From a virus (lineage: Duplodnaviria; Caudoviricetes), in the IMG/VR virus record IMGVR_UViG_3300005512_000151, positions 1 to 34,651 of that record: a DNA stretch of 34,651 nucleotides; one strand, 5' to 3'. Below the pieces are notes generated by a model. The model was not told where the DNA came from. It worked only from the letters and a program-made list of their open reading frames with translations, and ran no database searches. Of the stretch, positions 16,432-25,104 are shown one piece after another. Within the stretch, counting starts at the first letter, position 1. Each line of letters opens with the position of its first letter. Position numbers and translations under genes: made by a program.

Positions 16432-16661
16432 TTCGTTTTCCTTTCTGGTTTCAATATTTCCAGGTGCAGGGTGCCGCGCTTGTCTGATTTAGACAGCACC
16501 TTGAATTTCAGTCCGTGAATGGTAACGATCTCACCACGACAAGGAAGGTTACCAATCACAACATGACCGATGGCCTGATTTGCTCGCGCCTTGATTAGTT
16601 CTTCGGCGCTTTCGGCCATAGCTGTATTAACTAACTCGTCATTTCTGTTATACTCTTGCAT
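16428..16661 (-). CDS. Hypothetical protein
   Basis: 77 aa; AAAGGAG RBS; coupled to the next gene. Confidence 0.6.
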   Translation of the reverse strand: MQEYNRNDELVNTAMAESAEELIKARANQAIGHVVIGNLPCRGEIVTIHGLKFKVLSKSDKRGTLHLEILKPERKTK

Positions 16662-16664
16662 GAT

Positions 16665-17066
16665 TTATCTCCTTTCGTATCCTAAATAGTCTAATATCAC
16701 ATTCCACGCCTCATCTGCCGAATAGCAGACTTCGACGCGGTTTCTCATTTCTCGCAGGCCATCAATCCAGTGTTCCTGGTTGGCGGTGGGCTTGTTCTTG
16801 CCGACCTTCATCTCGATATAGAGTGCATGGTAATCTCTGTAAATTCTGTGATATCCATATGTTTCAATAGCTCCACCACTACACGGCAAGCACACATCCG
16901 GAACGCCACTCTTGACGCCCTCGGCCTTCATTTTGGCGGCGACTGCTTTATGACGGTGGCCCCCATTCGGGATTGCGAACAGATATTCCAGTTCGGGATA
17001 TTGCGCCTTGTGCAGTTCGGCAAGCTGGAATAGTGCGACCTGTTCGTCGTGTTCTGTGCGGGTCAT
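16665..17066 (-). CDS. VRR-NUC domain nuclease (Holliday junction resolvase-like)
   Basis: Motifs EHDEQ, FAIPNGG, GVKSGVPD and YIEMKVGKNKPTANQ. Confidence 0.88.
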   Translation of the reverse strand: MTRTEHDEQVALFQLAELHKAQYPELEYLFAIPNGGHRHKAVAAKMKAEGVKSGVPDVCLPCSGGAIETYGYHRIYRDYHALYIEMKVGKNKPTANQEHWIDGLREMRNRVEVCYSADEAWNVILDYLGYERR

Positions 17067-17350
17067 GTGTCCCTCGCGTGTTCTATCAGGCTAACCACAC
17101 CCATGCAAAATTCAATCATATCTTCCCTTGACGCGGTCACATCGTAGAACAGATATTCTTTCCCTGTGATGATCTTCCATGCGCCTGATATCCGCTTTTT
17201 TATCGTGCTGATAATCTCGTCCTGCTTGCTGTAGTATGACCGCATGTAATAGGCAATGAAGTATTCCTCAGTGTTTTCATCCGGTGTCCAGCGTTCGACC
17301 TCAAGTATTCCGCATCCACATTCACATTTCACTTTTGCTGTTTCGTTCAT
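17063..17350 (-). CDS. Hypothetical protein
   Basis: 95 aa; KCECGC motif; GGAGG RBS. Confidence 0.6.
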   Translation of the reverse strand: MNETAKVKCECGCGILEVERWTPDENTEEYFIAYYMRSYYSKQDEIISTIKKRISGAWKIITGKEYLFYDVTASREDMIEFCMGVVSLIEHARDT

Positions 17351-17547
17351 TATTCGTCTACCTCCTCCACCTCGTGAAAAATATTACGCCGATAAATGTA
17401 TTCCCCTCTTGCGCCAATTCTCCCGCAACCTTCGCACGGGTGCGTTATGTGTCTTTCGCATCCGAAATGGTTGCATGGTTCGCCGTCTCGGAGATCTCGC
17501 TCTGGTTGCGTAACATAACCGTGATTTCCTTCTGGGCATTTCATCAT
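17350..17547 (-). CDS. Small Cys/His-rich (Zn-binding) protein
   Basis: PCNHFGCERHITHPCEGCGRIG. Confidence 0.55.
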   Translation of the reverse strand: MMKCPEGNHGYVTQPERDLRDGEPCNHFGCERHITHPCEGCGRIGARGEYIYRRNIFHEVEEVDE

Positions 17548-17765
17548 TTCACCATCCTTTCAACTCTCTCACACACTTGACATTTATCCGCTCGCCGATA
17601 TGCGCCGCACTCAGGGCAGATCTTGATACCGGCGTGTGTCAAATGTATACAGATAAACGTCCCCAGCAGCATCCCCCAGCGGTCGAGGTCTGCCAGGCTG
17701 ATGACTTCCAGTACGGCGTAATGGCCGATTATCTTTTCGGCGGCGGCTTCGGGGGTCAGGGTCAT
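17544..17765 (-). CDS. Hypothetical Zn-ribbon protein
   Basis: CPECG...CQVC; ATGA coupling. Confidence 0.55.
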   Translation of the reverse strand: MTLTPEAAAEKIIGHYAVLEVISLADLDRWGMLLGTFICIHLTHAGIKICPECGAYRRADKCQVCERVERMVK

Positions 17766-17959
17766 ATCACCACCCCCACCGCATAAAGCAATTCCAATGC
17801 GCCCTCATGGGACATACGCGCCACCTTGCTATGTCCCTTGATGCGGTCAACGATACGGGCGGCTTGTTCATCAAGCCATGCCTGACGTTCCGGTGTCTGT
17901 GCGTCATAGGCGGCCAGTACAGCGGCGCGGCGTAACTGGTCTCGTTGTGATTTATTCAT
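17762..17959 (-). CDS. Hypothetical protein
   Basis: 65 aa; GGAGG RBS; ATGA coupling. Confidence 0.55.
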   Translation of the reverse strand: MNKSQRDQLRRAAVLAAYDAQTPERQAWLDEQAARIVDRIKGHSKVARMSHEGALELLYAVGVVI

Positions 17960-18276
17960 GCCTCAATCCTCCTGTATGGGTGCAGCTGGTTATACTCATC
18001 CAGCCACACCAGATATCCAGCCCGTTCAAATTGCATAGCCAGCGCGCCGGCGTCCTTGCTGCCTTTGAAAAACTCCCTGGACAGATGTGCGGGTTTCAGC
18101 GGCGCGTGGTCGCATAGGTACGTCCACATCTGGTCAGCTATGCCGTGCCGTTGTTTGCGCTTCATTCCCCGGTTGTAATCTCGCAGATAGGCGGCCTTAC
18201 ATTCCGGGCAGCGGTGGGGGGCTTTGCCTCGGCTGTATTCAAAGGGTTGCGCGCAGTCGGTGCAGGTTGTAATCAT
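17956..18276 (-). CDS. Zn-finger protein
   Basis: CTDC...CPEC N-terminus followed by a basic helix. Confidence 0.58.
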   Translation of the reverse strand: MITTCTDCAQPFEYSRGKAPHRCPECKAAYLRDYNRGMKRKQRHGIADQMWTYLCDHAPLKPAHLSREFFKGSKDAGALAMQFERAGYLVWLDEYNQLHPYRRIEA

Positions 18277-20594
18277 AATTCACTCATGTCAAACAAGGGT
18301 ACTTGCGCTTTCTCGCTCACTGCTCGTTGCAAGTTCCTGATTGCCTGCTCATAGTAGGATTGTTTCAACTCAATACCTACAAATCTCCTGTTCATTTTCA
18401 AGGCCGAATATCCCTCGCTTCCAATGCCTGCAAACGGAGATAAAACAAGATCTCTCGGGTTCGTCCAAATGTCGATGCAGCGCTCAATCACGTCAAGTTG
18501 TAACGGGCATATGTGCTTTTCGTCCTTGTCCTCTCTGGCCGCCCTGCAATTCAAAACATTCGTTTGTCTTATATCAAACCAGACTGGAGAGGCGTATCGC
18601 TGCCAAACTTGAATGGAGTAGTCTCGATTGCTATCGTATTCAGTGGGAGCGTTATCTCCTTTGAAGTCGTGATCTTCTCCGTTTATGTCAGCGTGGCTGA
18701 TCGGAACTGTGCTTTCAGTTCCATTGACTCCGTCCCACTTGCGAAACATAAGTATATAATCCGCCATGCCCTGGCGTACGACTTCAGATCGTACCGCCCA
18801 ATTCTTGTGCAATAGCCCGTGATTCTTTGTGCGTTGCATTTCGATGACCGGATCTTTCCAGATTGTTACTCGACTATGATAAGTCCAGCCGCATTCCTCG
18901 TGTGCCTTGATAATCATCCCAGGGAAGTCCTTCAACCCTGCAGCTCCATCACGATTTGCATAAAGAGGCAAGTCTTTACAGTGTACCGCAGATATCCTGC
19001 CTGGCCGTGTTACCCTCTCCATTTCACTAATCAGATATTTGTAATGCTCGAAAAATTCAGCATCATCGGCAGAATTTCCCATGTCAGCGTGTGCGTCTGA
19101 ATAAATATACAGATTTGAAAACGGAGGCGAGTAAACGCTAAAGTCAATACTTCCGCTTTCAATATCCGCTATTCGCTCTACGCAATCTCCTAGCATCATC
19201 GTCCAGTCTTCGCCGGACTCGTTGTTATATCCGCTGTCCATGCGCTTTAGTTTTTCTGTTTTCTTGCTCATGTCAGTCTCACTCATTGCCGCATTCATCG
19301 CCATTTGCATCTCATGGTGGGCAACTTGCTTGTTTTGTAATATCGTCATAATGTCTCCTTCCGTTTCCGAATATATGATATGTGCATGAACGTCATTGTG
19401 TTGACCAAACCGCCAGGACCTTCTCAATGCCTGGTATGTTTTCTCGAAAGAATAAGTTATACCAACGAATATTTGATTGTTGCAATGCTGCCAGTTCAAA
19501 CCAAAGCCTGCAATATCAGGCTTTGTTATAATCTGCCTTACGTCCCCATTGCTGAAACTTGTCAACCCGCTTTCTTTTACAGCGATTGATTGCGAACCTC
19601 TTACCTCAACAGCTTCAGGAAACATCTCAATCAAGATATCGGCCTCGTTATTAGTGTCGCACCAGATAATCCAATTTTCATCAGATTCACCAACGATCTC
19701 TTGTGCCTTCAAACATCTGTTATATGCTGTAATCTTTTTTTCTTTCCACATTCCAGTCGCAGATAGAGACTCCATCAATATCAACTGACCATATTCATGC
19801 GCCCTGGAATGATCCACTCCAACGATATGCTTCTCTATTTTTAGCTCAGGCATGTTGAAATCGTAAGCATCGCATTTATCAGGATATCCAATATCGGATG
19901 GAGTAGATATACTCACTGCCCAGGTCGCCACCCATCGCCAGAAATCACTTTCCGCATGCCCTTTTAGCCGATAATTACCTGCTGCCATGCTATCATTGAT
20001 AAACCATCTCTGTATCATCTCATTCGATGCCATAACATCCAGGAATTGCGCATGATTTCCAAGCTCAAGATGATCGTTAGGCGCCGGAGTCGCAGTACAT
20101 GCCAGTTTATATGAAACACCCTCGAACATATTCAGTATCATGCGCTTTGTTGCGCCAGTGAATGATTTTAGTATGGAGCTTTCATCTAGCACAACTCCCT
20201 TGAAGTAACCGCCATCAAACTCTTTCAGCATGTCATAATTCGTAATCACGATGTTACAATTTGACTTCTGGGCTGCATCTTGACTGCGAACATATTCGAT
20301 CTGGACGTTTATCTTTTTACCCTCTGCTACGGTTTGGTGCGCAACTGCAAGCGGGGAGACAATAAGAAACTTCCCGCCAACTTTAGACTGTATTATTCTT
20401 GCCCACTCAATCTGCTGTAACGTTTTACCAAGGCCGCACTCCTCGAATAATGCAGCCTTCCCTAGCCTTACAGCCCATGCCACAATAGCCCGTTGCCACT
20501 CGAATAACACCTTGTTTACTTCATCGTCATTACAGTCAATTCCAGTTTGTTGTACTTTTGCTATCTTGCTTTCTAAAAACTCTTTATAATCCAT
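18273..20594 (-). CDS. SNF2-like helicase fused to an N4/N6 (beta-class) DNA methyltransferase
   Basis: Helicase motifs EECGLGKT, LDESS, CTATPAPND, GLNWQ and QALRRSWRFGQ; MTase motif IV YSPPF and motif I LSPFAGIGS; RBS AAGGAG before ATG 20594. Confidence 0.9.
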   Translation of the reverse strand: MDYKEFLESKIAKVQQTGIDCNDDEVNKVLFEWQRAIVAWAVRLGKAALFEECGLGKTLQQIEWARIIQSKVGGKFLIVSPLAVAHQTVAEGKKINVQIEYVRSQDAAQKSNCNIVITNYDMLKEFDGGYFKGVVLDESSILKSFTGATKRMILNMFEGVSYKLACTATPAPNDHLELGNHAQFLDVMASNEMIQRWFINDSMAAGNYRLKGHAESDFWRWVATWAVSISTPSDIGYPDKCDAYDFNMPELKIEKHIVGVDHSRAHEYGQLILMESLSATGMWKEKKITAYNRCLKAQEIVGESDENWIIWCDTNNEADILIEMFPEAVEVRGSQSIAVKESGLTSFSNGDVRQIITKPDIAGFGLNWQHCNNQIFVGITYSFEKTYQALRRSWRFGQHNDVHAHIIYSETEGDIMTILQNKQVAHHEMQMAMNAAMSETDMSKKTEKLKRMDSGYNNESGEDWTMMLGDCVERIADIESGSIDFSVYSPPFSNLYIYSDAHADMGNSADDAEFFEHYKYLISEMERVTRPGRISAVHCKDLPLYANRDGAAGLKDFPGMIIKAHEECGWTYHSRVTIWKDPVIEMQRTKNHGLLHKNWAVRSEVVRQGMADYILMFRKWDGVNGTESTVPISHADINGEDHDFKGDNAPTEYDSNRDYSIQVWQRYASPVWFDIRQTNVLNCRAAREDKDEKHICPLQLDVIERCIDIWTNPRDLVLSPFAGIGSEGYSALKMNRRFVGIELKQSYYEQAIRNLQRAVSEKAQVPLFDMSEL

Positions 20595-20641
20595 GATGTT
20601 CTCCTTATAATTTATAATATCGTTGGCGTTCAGCAGGGCGG

Positions 20642-21958
20642 TCATGGCATACTCCGATATTCAGCAAACGACGGAAAGCCCGGCTGCTTGACCATGACGA
20701 TGTATTTTTTATCACTCTCCAGCTCTCGCCCCTTTGCAAACCATAATACCCTGACGTTATCCCGATCTGTCGGGCTGATGCGTTCACCCGGCAACCCCTC
20801 TGGCGGATATTTGGTCAGGAAGGTGATGATATCGGCGTCGTGCAGTACCTGGCCGCTGCCCCTCATGCCGGTTTGCGTAGGCTTGCCGCTGTTCATGCCC
20901 TCTTTAGTCATCGAGTTGATAACAATTCCGGAGAGGTTCAAACTCATGGCGGCGTTTTTCAGCCCCCTGCTACACATGGCGGTTCGTTCGGTCTCGCCCA
21001 TCGTGTCTTTACCATCGGCCAGCAGGTGCAGGTAATCGACTACAAACCACTTGATACCTCTGGTCGCTTTCAGCCTGGCAAGATCGGCCCGGATTGCTGA
21101 TGTTGTCCAGTCGGAGGCGTCGCTGATGGTGATCGGTAACGCGCTCAGATGTTCAATAGCTGCAAGGAAACGATTATAATCCTCTGGTGATAACGTCCCT
21201 TTTTTCAATGCCGAAGTTGCAATCTTGGCCCGGTCACTGATCCACCGCCGCCCGACTGATTTATCTAGCATCTCCATTGAGTAGATAACGCCGGGTTCGC
21301 TTTTCGCCATGTTTGCGGCCATTCCCATGACCAGGAGGGACTTCCCAACGCCAGGCTCGCCGGACATCATGATACTTTCCCCTAATTGCATACCGCCGGT
21401 CACACGATCATAAGCAGGAAAGCCTGTAGGTATGCCCCAGGTGTCCACCGGGTTATTCATGGCCTGCTCGACCTCATCATAGATATCTGACATCACATCG
21501 GCAACTAAGCGGCTGCGCCCGGTCATGCCGGCGCTGCGTGTCATACCGTCGATTAGGTCAGGTAGTGCGGCGTCTATATCGTCGCCATTGGTCGCCAGTG
21601 TTGCGGTACGATTGGCGATGTCTAGCAGGTTGCGCCGCCTGGCCGACTCTCGCACGATAGCGCCATAGCTATCAGCGTTATGCCCCCAGAACTGACCGCT
21701 TGCCAGTTTTGTGACGTACTGCGCGCCGCCGATAGTCTCTAACTGTGCAGTATTTTTCAGGGCGGCTATCAGGGTGATGTAATCGGCCTGTTGCCCCTGG
21801 CGGCGTAATTTGCCGATGGTCTCAAATACGATGCGGCAGCGTTCCAGATAAAAATGATGCGCATCTACGCCGCAAGTGTCGATTAGTTCGGGATTGGTAA
21901 CGATAGCGCCGACCAACGCCTCTTCAACGTCAATGGGTTGCAGCTTCTCGTTATTCAT
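20642..21958 (-). CDS. dnaB: DnaB-like replicative helicase
   Basis: N-terminal VEEALVGAI; GIPTGF, Walker A SGEPGVGKS, SMEM, VVDYLHLL and RGSGQVLHDAD. Confidence 0.93.
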   Translation of the reverse strand: MNNEKLQPIDVEEALVGAIVTNPELIDTCGVDAHHFYLERCRIVFETIGKLRRQGQQADYITLIAALKNTAQLETIGGAQYVTKLASGQFWGHNADSYGAIVRESARRRNLLDIANRTATLATNGDDIDAALPDLIDGMTRSAGMTGRSRLVADVMSDIYDEVEQAMNNPVDTWGIPTGFPAYDRVTGGMQLGESIMMSGEPGVGKSLLVMGMAANMAKSEPGVIYSMEMLDKSVGRRWISDRAKIATSALKKGTLSPEDYNRFLAAIEHLSALPITISDASDWTTSAIRADLARLKATRGIKWFVVDYLHLLADGKDTMGETERTAMCSRGLKNAAMSLNLSGIVINSMTKEGMNSGKPTQTGMRGSGQVLHDADIITFLTKYPPEGLPGERISPTDRDNVRVLWFAKGRELESDKKYIVMVKQPGFPSFAEYRSMP

Positions 21959-22764
21959 GCTGGCGTGTATCCTTCCAGGGCGGCGTGGGATTGCTCGCGT
22001 TTGATTATCAGGTTTGCCATTATGGTATCCAGCGACCAGGGGCCGCTGATGGTGTACTTGCCAGCGGCCAGCGCGACAGCTTCAGCTATCATCTGCGGCG
22101 TGACCTCTTTTTCAACCCACGGCTGAATAGACGCAAACCACCGCTTATCAACTGCATCTGAGCCATTACTCTTTTTTATGGTCGTGGCCTTAGTAAAGGC
22201 TTTCTCTAATAAAAGGTGGCGTTTCCCTTTTTCGATTGCAAATTCTGGCAATTCTGCGCCTTCAGGCGTTTCATCATCAACATCACCATTATCATTAACA
22301 TTAACACTCTCTATACCGCTACCTTGAACACTAGGTAGTTCGCTAGGTAGTTGCATATAACCTCCGTTGCTATCCCACTGTTCTGTCGCTATCTTATTGC
22401 CTGTAGTGTGGTATCGGCAACGATCAACCCACCCAGGCGGTGCTGGGTGGTCAGATGGTGAAGCCCATTGTAAATTTTGATAGCACCACCACTTAACAAT
22501 TTGGATATAACGCCCGCCGTCAGCCTCATAAATTGTTATATAGCCACTGTCTGAAATTGCGTGTAAGTCCTCGCTAACTTCCTTTAGTGTGATATCGTCG
22601 TAAGGCCAGACGATTGAACGGATAAATGCCGGCGCTCCTGGCAGACGACCCTGGTCGTCTGCCATTGTAATAATGCCTTGCCACAGATCCCGCTGGCGGT
22701 AGGTCAACTCTGCGAAAGACTGGGATTTTCTTATCTTGCTATCGAGTAGTCGTTTTTTACCCAT
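21955..22764 (-). CDS. Replication initiator (lambda O/DnaD-like organiser)
   Basis: LWQGIITMADDQGR winged-helix-type N-terminus; low-complexity linker with internal DNA repeats; directly upstream of DnaB. Confidence 0.78.
   Translation of the reverse strand: MGKKRLLDSKIRKSQSFAELTYRQRDLWQGIITMADDQGRLPGAPAFIRSIVWPYDDITLKEVSEDLHAISDSGYITIYEADGGRYIQIVKWWCYQNLQWASPSDHPAPPGWVDRCRYHTTGNKIATEQWDSNGGYMQLPSELPSVQGSGIESVNVNDNGDVDDETPEGAELPEFAIEKGKRHLLLEKAFTKATTIKKSNGSDAVDKRWFASIQPWVEKEVTPQMIAEAVALAAGKYTISGPWSLDTIMANLIIKREQSHAALEGYTPA
22272..22352. repeat. Iteron-like 12-bp repeats plus strand-biased AT-rich tract (putative origin)
   Basis: cgctaccttgaa / cactaggtagtt / cgctaggtagtt in tandem (22317-22352), next to catcatcaacatcaccattatcattaacattaaca. 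Confidence 0.55.
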
Positions 22765-22765
22765 A

Positions 22766-23326
22766 TTATTCTTCCCATACTCTTTTTTTTCTCGCTATCT
22801 CAGCTGCGGCAGAAGCCCTCAGCATTGACTTTATAATCTTGTCAAGTCCAAATATTATGTTTTCATCCATCGTAATATTGGATAGTTCCATGTATTCTTT
22901 ATGAGACTCAATCGCTCCTACAATATATTCAGCCCCTATTGAGTCAAGCGTGTGTTCTTTTCCATCCAATCCAAATATGTTGCAGTACTTAAACTCAGGA
23001 TTATTCTTTGTTTTCGGTCTTCCAAAATACTGATATGGCGTTCCCCAAAATACAACCGTTTCGATTTGTGATCTCTTGGCTAATTCGGACGCCTTCATAA
23101 GTGCATCCTCGTAAGGTGGCATATCTGGCTTTATTTCTATGTATGCCTTTGGCATTTTGTTTTCTTTCACGAGGAAGTCCGGTAAATACCATATGCTGTC
23201 CATCTTAAACCCCTCCGGTTCGTACTCCCAATCTGCACCTAATTCATCAAAGAACACCGCCCAGCGCGCTTCAAGCCTCGACCGGAACAAATACCCTTTA
23301 TATTCAGTTTCAATTGCTTGTATCAT
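22766..23326 (-). CDS. PD-(D/E)XK-like nuclease family protein
   Basis: IETEYKGYLFRSRLEARWAVFFD, YEPEGF, YLPDF and YIEIKP. Confidence 0.7.
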   Translation of the reverse strand: MIQAIETEYKGYLFRSRLEARWAVFFDELGADWEYEPEGFKMDSIWYLPDFLVKENKMPKAYIEIKPDMPPYEDALMKASELAKRSQIETVVFWGTPYQYFGRPKTKNNPEFKYCNIFGLDGKEHTLDSIGAEYIVGAIESHKEYMELSNITMDENIIFGLDKIIKSMLRASAAAEIARKKRVWEE

Positions 23327-23586
23327 CGCTCCTCCCTCAATCTATCCATTACCCAATCCGTTGACCTGGCCCAGCCGATCACGCCATGCACCTGCTTCTT
23401 CGGCTCGCAGGCTTCCAGCGCGGCGGCTTCCATGAGGTCAATGATGCGCTCGAACACCCAGGACGGCAGGTCTGGAAATTCCGTCGCCAGGTACAGTGTC
23501 AGGTGTGAATGTGATTTCTCGATTGCAGCGCGTAGAAAATCACGCTGTAACATGACCCCCTGCGCGGTGTTGCTATTCTTACTCAT
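23323..23586 (-). CDS. Hypothetical protein
   Basis: 87 aa; coupled to both neighbours. Confidence 0.55.
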   Translation of the reverse strand: MSKNSNTAQGVMLQRDFLRAAIEKSHSHLTLYLATEFPDLPSWVFERIIDLMEAAALEACEPKKQVHGVIGWARSTDWVMDRLREER

Positions 23587-24070
23587 GGCAACCCCCTAAA
23601 CCAGGAAACGAGATTATATCTTTGTAATAGTCTCTCACCCAGTTGTAGGTTCTGCCTACTTTTATTGACAGGATGACATTGTATGGTTTTTCAAACACCC
23701 TTGCGATTTCTGAAACGTTATGCCCAATTGAGAGCAGGTATATCACTTCTAGTGCCTCATGCCTATTGAGCATTGATATTGAGCACCTACCTTTGAAGTG
23801 GGCGTCTATAATATTTTCTTTACATGTTCCTGTCTCTAAATGATTGGGGTTTACGCAGGACGGATTATCGCATGTGTGCATAATCAACAGACCTTCGGGT
23901 ATTTCGCCGTTTGCGATCACCCAACTCAGGCGATGAGCAGAAATATGTTTCCCGTCTCTACGTGTCCTCCCATAACCCGCTGGCGATTTGCTCCCCCCCC
24001 AGTTCCAGCAGTCGTTATCTCCCACAACATCAACATTGGAATAAAATTCTTTAGCGTGTTTGATACTCAT
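23579..24070 (-). CDS. Free-standing HNH endonuclease with C-terminal HTH
   Basis: CWNWGGSKSPAGYG, AHRLSW and HTCDNPSCVNPNHL; C-terminal NVSEIARVF helix-turn-helix. Confidence 0.9.
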   Translation of the reverse strand: MSIKHAKEFYSNVDVVGDNDCWNWGGSKSPAGYGRTRRDGKHISAHRLSWVIANGEIPEGLLIMHTCDNPSCVNPNHLETGTCKENIIDAHFKGRCSISMLNRHEALEVIYLLSIGHNVSEIARVFEKPYNVILSIKVGRTYNWVRDYYKDIISFPGLGGCHE

Positions 24071-24236
24071 TTGGCGTCTCCATTCATCCGGTTAAAGCAA
24101 AATGTCGCAGTGCAATTACGCCTAGCTGAGACGCCAATCCCGGACAGGGCATTTACACTGCGACACTTCACTCGCAACTTATTTATATAGTTGTGAACAG
24201 GCGTAAAAAATACCCGTCCCAGATTGGCGTCACCAC
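24071..24236 (-). ncRNA. C4/CI-like antisense RNA hairpin (24103-24165) with upstream and downstream complementary target sites
   Basis: Stem TGTCGCAGTG...CACTGCGACA encloses TCCGG and TTGGCGTCTC. These are complementary to GACGCCAATC just after the promoter and to CCGGA...GAGACGCCAA covering the HNH RBS. Confidence 0.62.
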
Positions 24237-24237
24237 A

Positions 24238-24266
24238 ATTATACACCCTCACGCCTGCAATGTCAA
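24238..24266 (-). promoter_or_regulatory. Perfect consensus sigma70 promoter upstream of the HNH leader
   Basis: TTGACA-17 bp-TATAAT. Confidence 0.88.
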
Positions 24267-24272
24267 ACATAA

Positions 24273-24350
24273 TCACGCCAAATCCCTCTTACTCCACACC
24301 CACCACACTACCGTCAGCGTGGCAATCGTGATCCAGAATAGCGGTGTCAT
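24273..24350 (-). CDS. 25-aa single-pass membrane peptide
   Basis: MTPLFWITIATLTVVWWVWSKRDLA; TGATG coupling to the upstream stop. Confidence 0.45.
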   Translation of the reverse strand: MTPLFWITIATLTVVWWVWSKRDLA

Positions 24351-24556
24351 CAGTCGGCCAAGTCGTGACGGTCTGTCACGAGTTCAAGCGCCTTCCTGAG
24401 TTCCCAGGTCGCCTTCTCGTTGATCTGGTAACTGTTGCCTGGATATTGCCTGCGGATGCGCTCGACAATGTCACCATGTCCGGCGTCCATAGCCTGCGAA
24501 GCCTCCAACGCCCAACGTTGGACGCTGCGTTCCCAGCGGTCATAACTATAGGACAT
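24350..24556 (-). CDS. Hypothetical protein
   Basis: 68 aa; GAGG RBS. Confidence 0.55.
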   Translation of the reverse strand: MSYSYDRWERSVQRWALEASQAMDAGHGDIVERIRRQYPGNSYQINEKATWELRKALELVTDRHDLAD

Positions 24557-24893
24557 CCTGCACCTCTTTCAGCACGCATTGAGATGGCGTCAGGTCATCC
24601 TCAAAGTATGCCATCGGAGCGTAATATCTATGTTCATCCGCGCCATCAACACACATAACAACCCTGTGCGATTCTCTGACCCTTAGATATGGCGGGTCAT
24701 CATACTCAACACGGTATCCAGATCCAATGATCTCACCCGTATATCTGGTTGAGTATCCAACGACCATTAAATTATCTTTTTTGTGTTCAAGTCGCTCGAT
24801 GATACGATCTTTCATTCCGTTTCCTAGTGGAGAAACCTGTTGACATAAAACAAAATGACTCGCGCTTACGATATCACCTTTTTTGTATTTCAT
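24546..24893 (-). CDS. Hypothetical protein flanked by 22-bp direct repeats
   Basis: 115 aa; AT-richer than its neighbours; see the repeat features. Confidence 0.6.
   Translation of the reverse strand: MKYKKGDIVSASHFVLCQQVSPLGNGMKDRIIERLEHKKDNLMVVGYSTRYTGEIIGSGYRVEYDDPPYLRVRESHRVVMCVDGADEHRYYAPMAYFEDDLTPSQCVLKEVQDVL
24556..24577. repeat. 22-bp direct repeat, copy A
   Basis: tcctgcacctctttcagcacgc; 21/22 identical to 24894-24915. Confidence 0.85.
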
Positions 24894-25102
24894 TCCTGCA
24901 CTTCTTTCAGCACGCCGATATATTCGGAGGCCACTTCTAACGCCGCCAGCTCATCATCCAGCGGCAGGCATAGTTGGAATATGCGAAACTTGGCCCTGTC
25001 GTAATCCCAGGTGTTACCAGTGTTGGCGGGTATCTCCAGCCGGGCGCATACGGCAAGGGCAATTTGTCGGGGGTCTTTTTCGATGGTAATTGGTGGTAGC
25101 AT
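24890..25102 (-). CDS. Hypothetical protein
   Basis: 70 aa; GAGG RBS. Confidence 0.55.
   Translation of the reverse strand: MLPPITIEKDPRQIALAVCARLEIPANTGNTWDYDRAKFRIFQLCLPLDDELAALEVASEYIGVLKEVQE
24894..24915. repeat. 22-bp direct repeat, copy B
   Basis: tcctgcacttctttcagcacgc. Confidence 0.85.
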
Positions 25103-25104
25103 GA

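Noticed and set aside
23579-24266. Group I intron or intein carrying the HNH
   Set aside because: No interrupted host gene is evident; the HNH has its own promoter and RBS, and the leader is too short for an intron core.
24067-24276. 69-aa ORF across the HNH leader
   Set aside because: It runs through the consensus promoter and structured RNA and has no recognisable protein features; non-coding function explains the region better.
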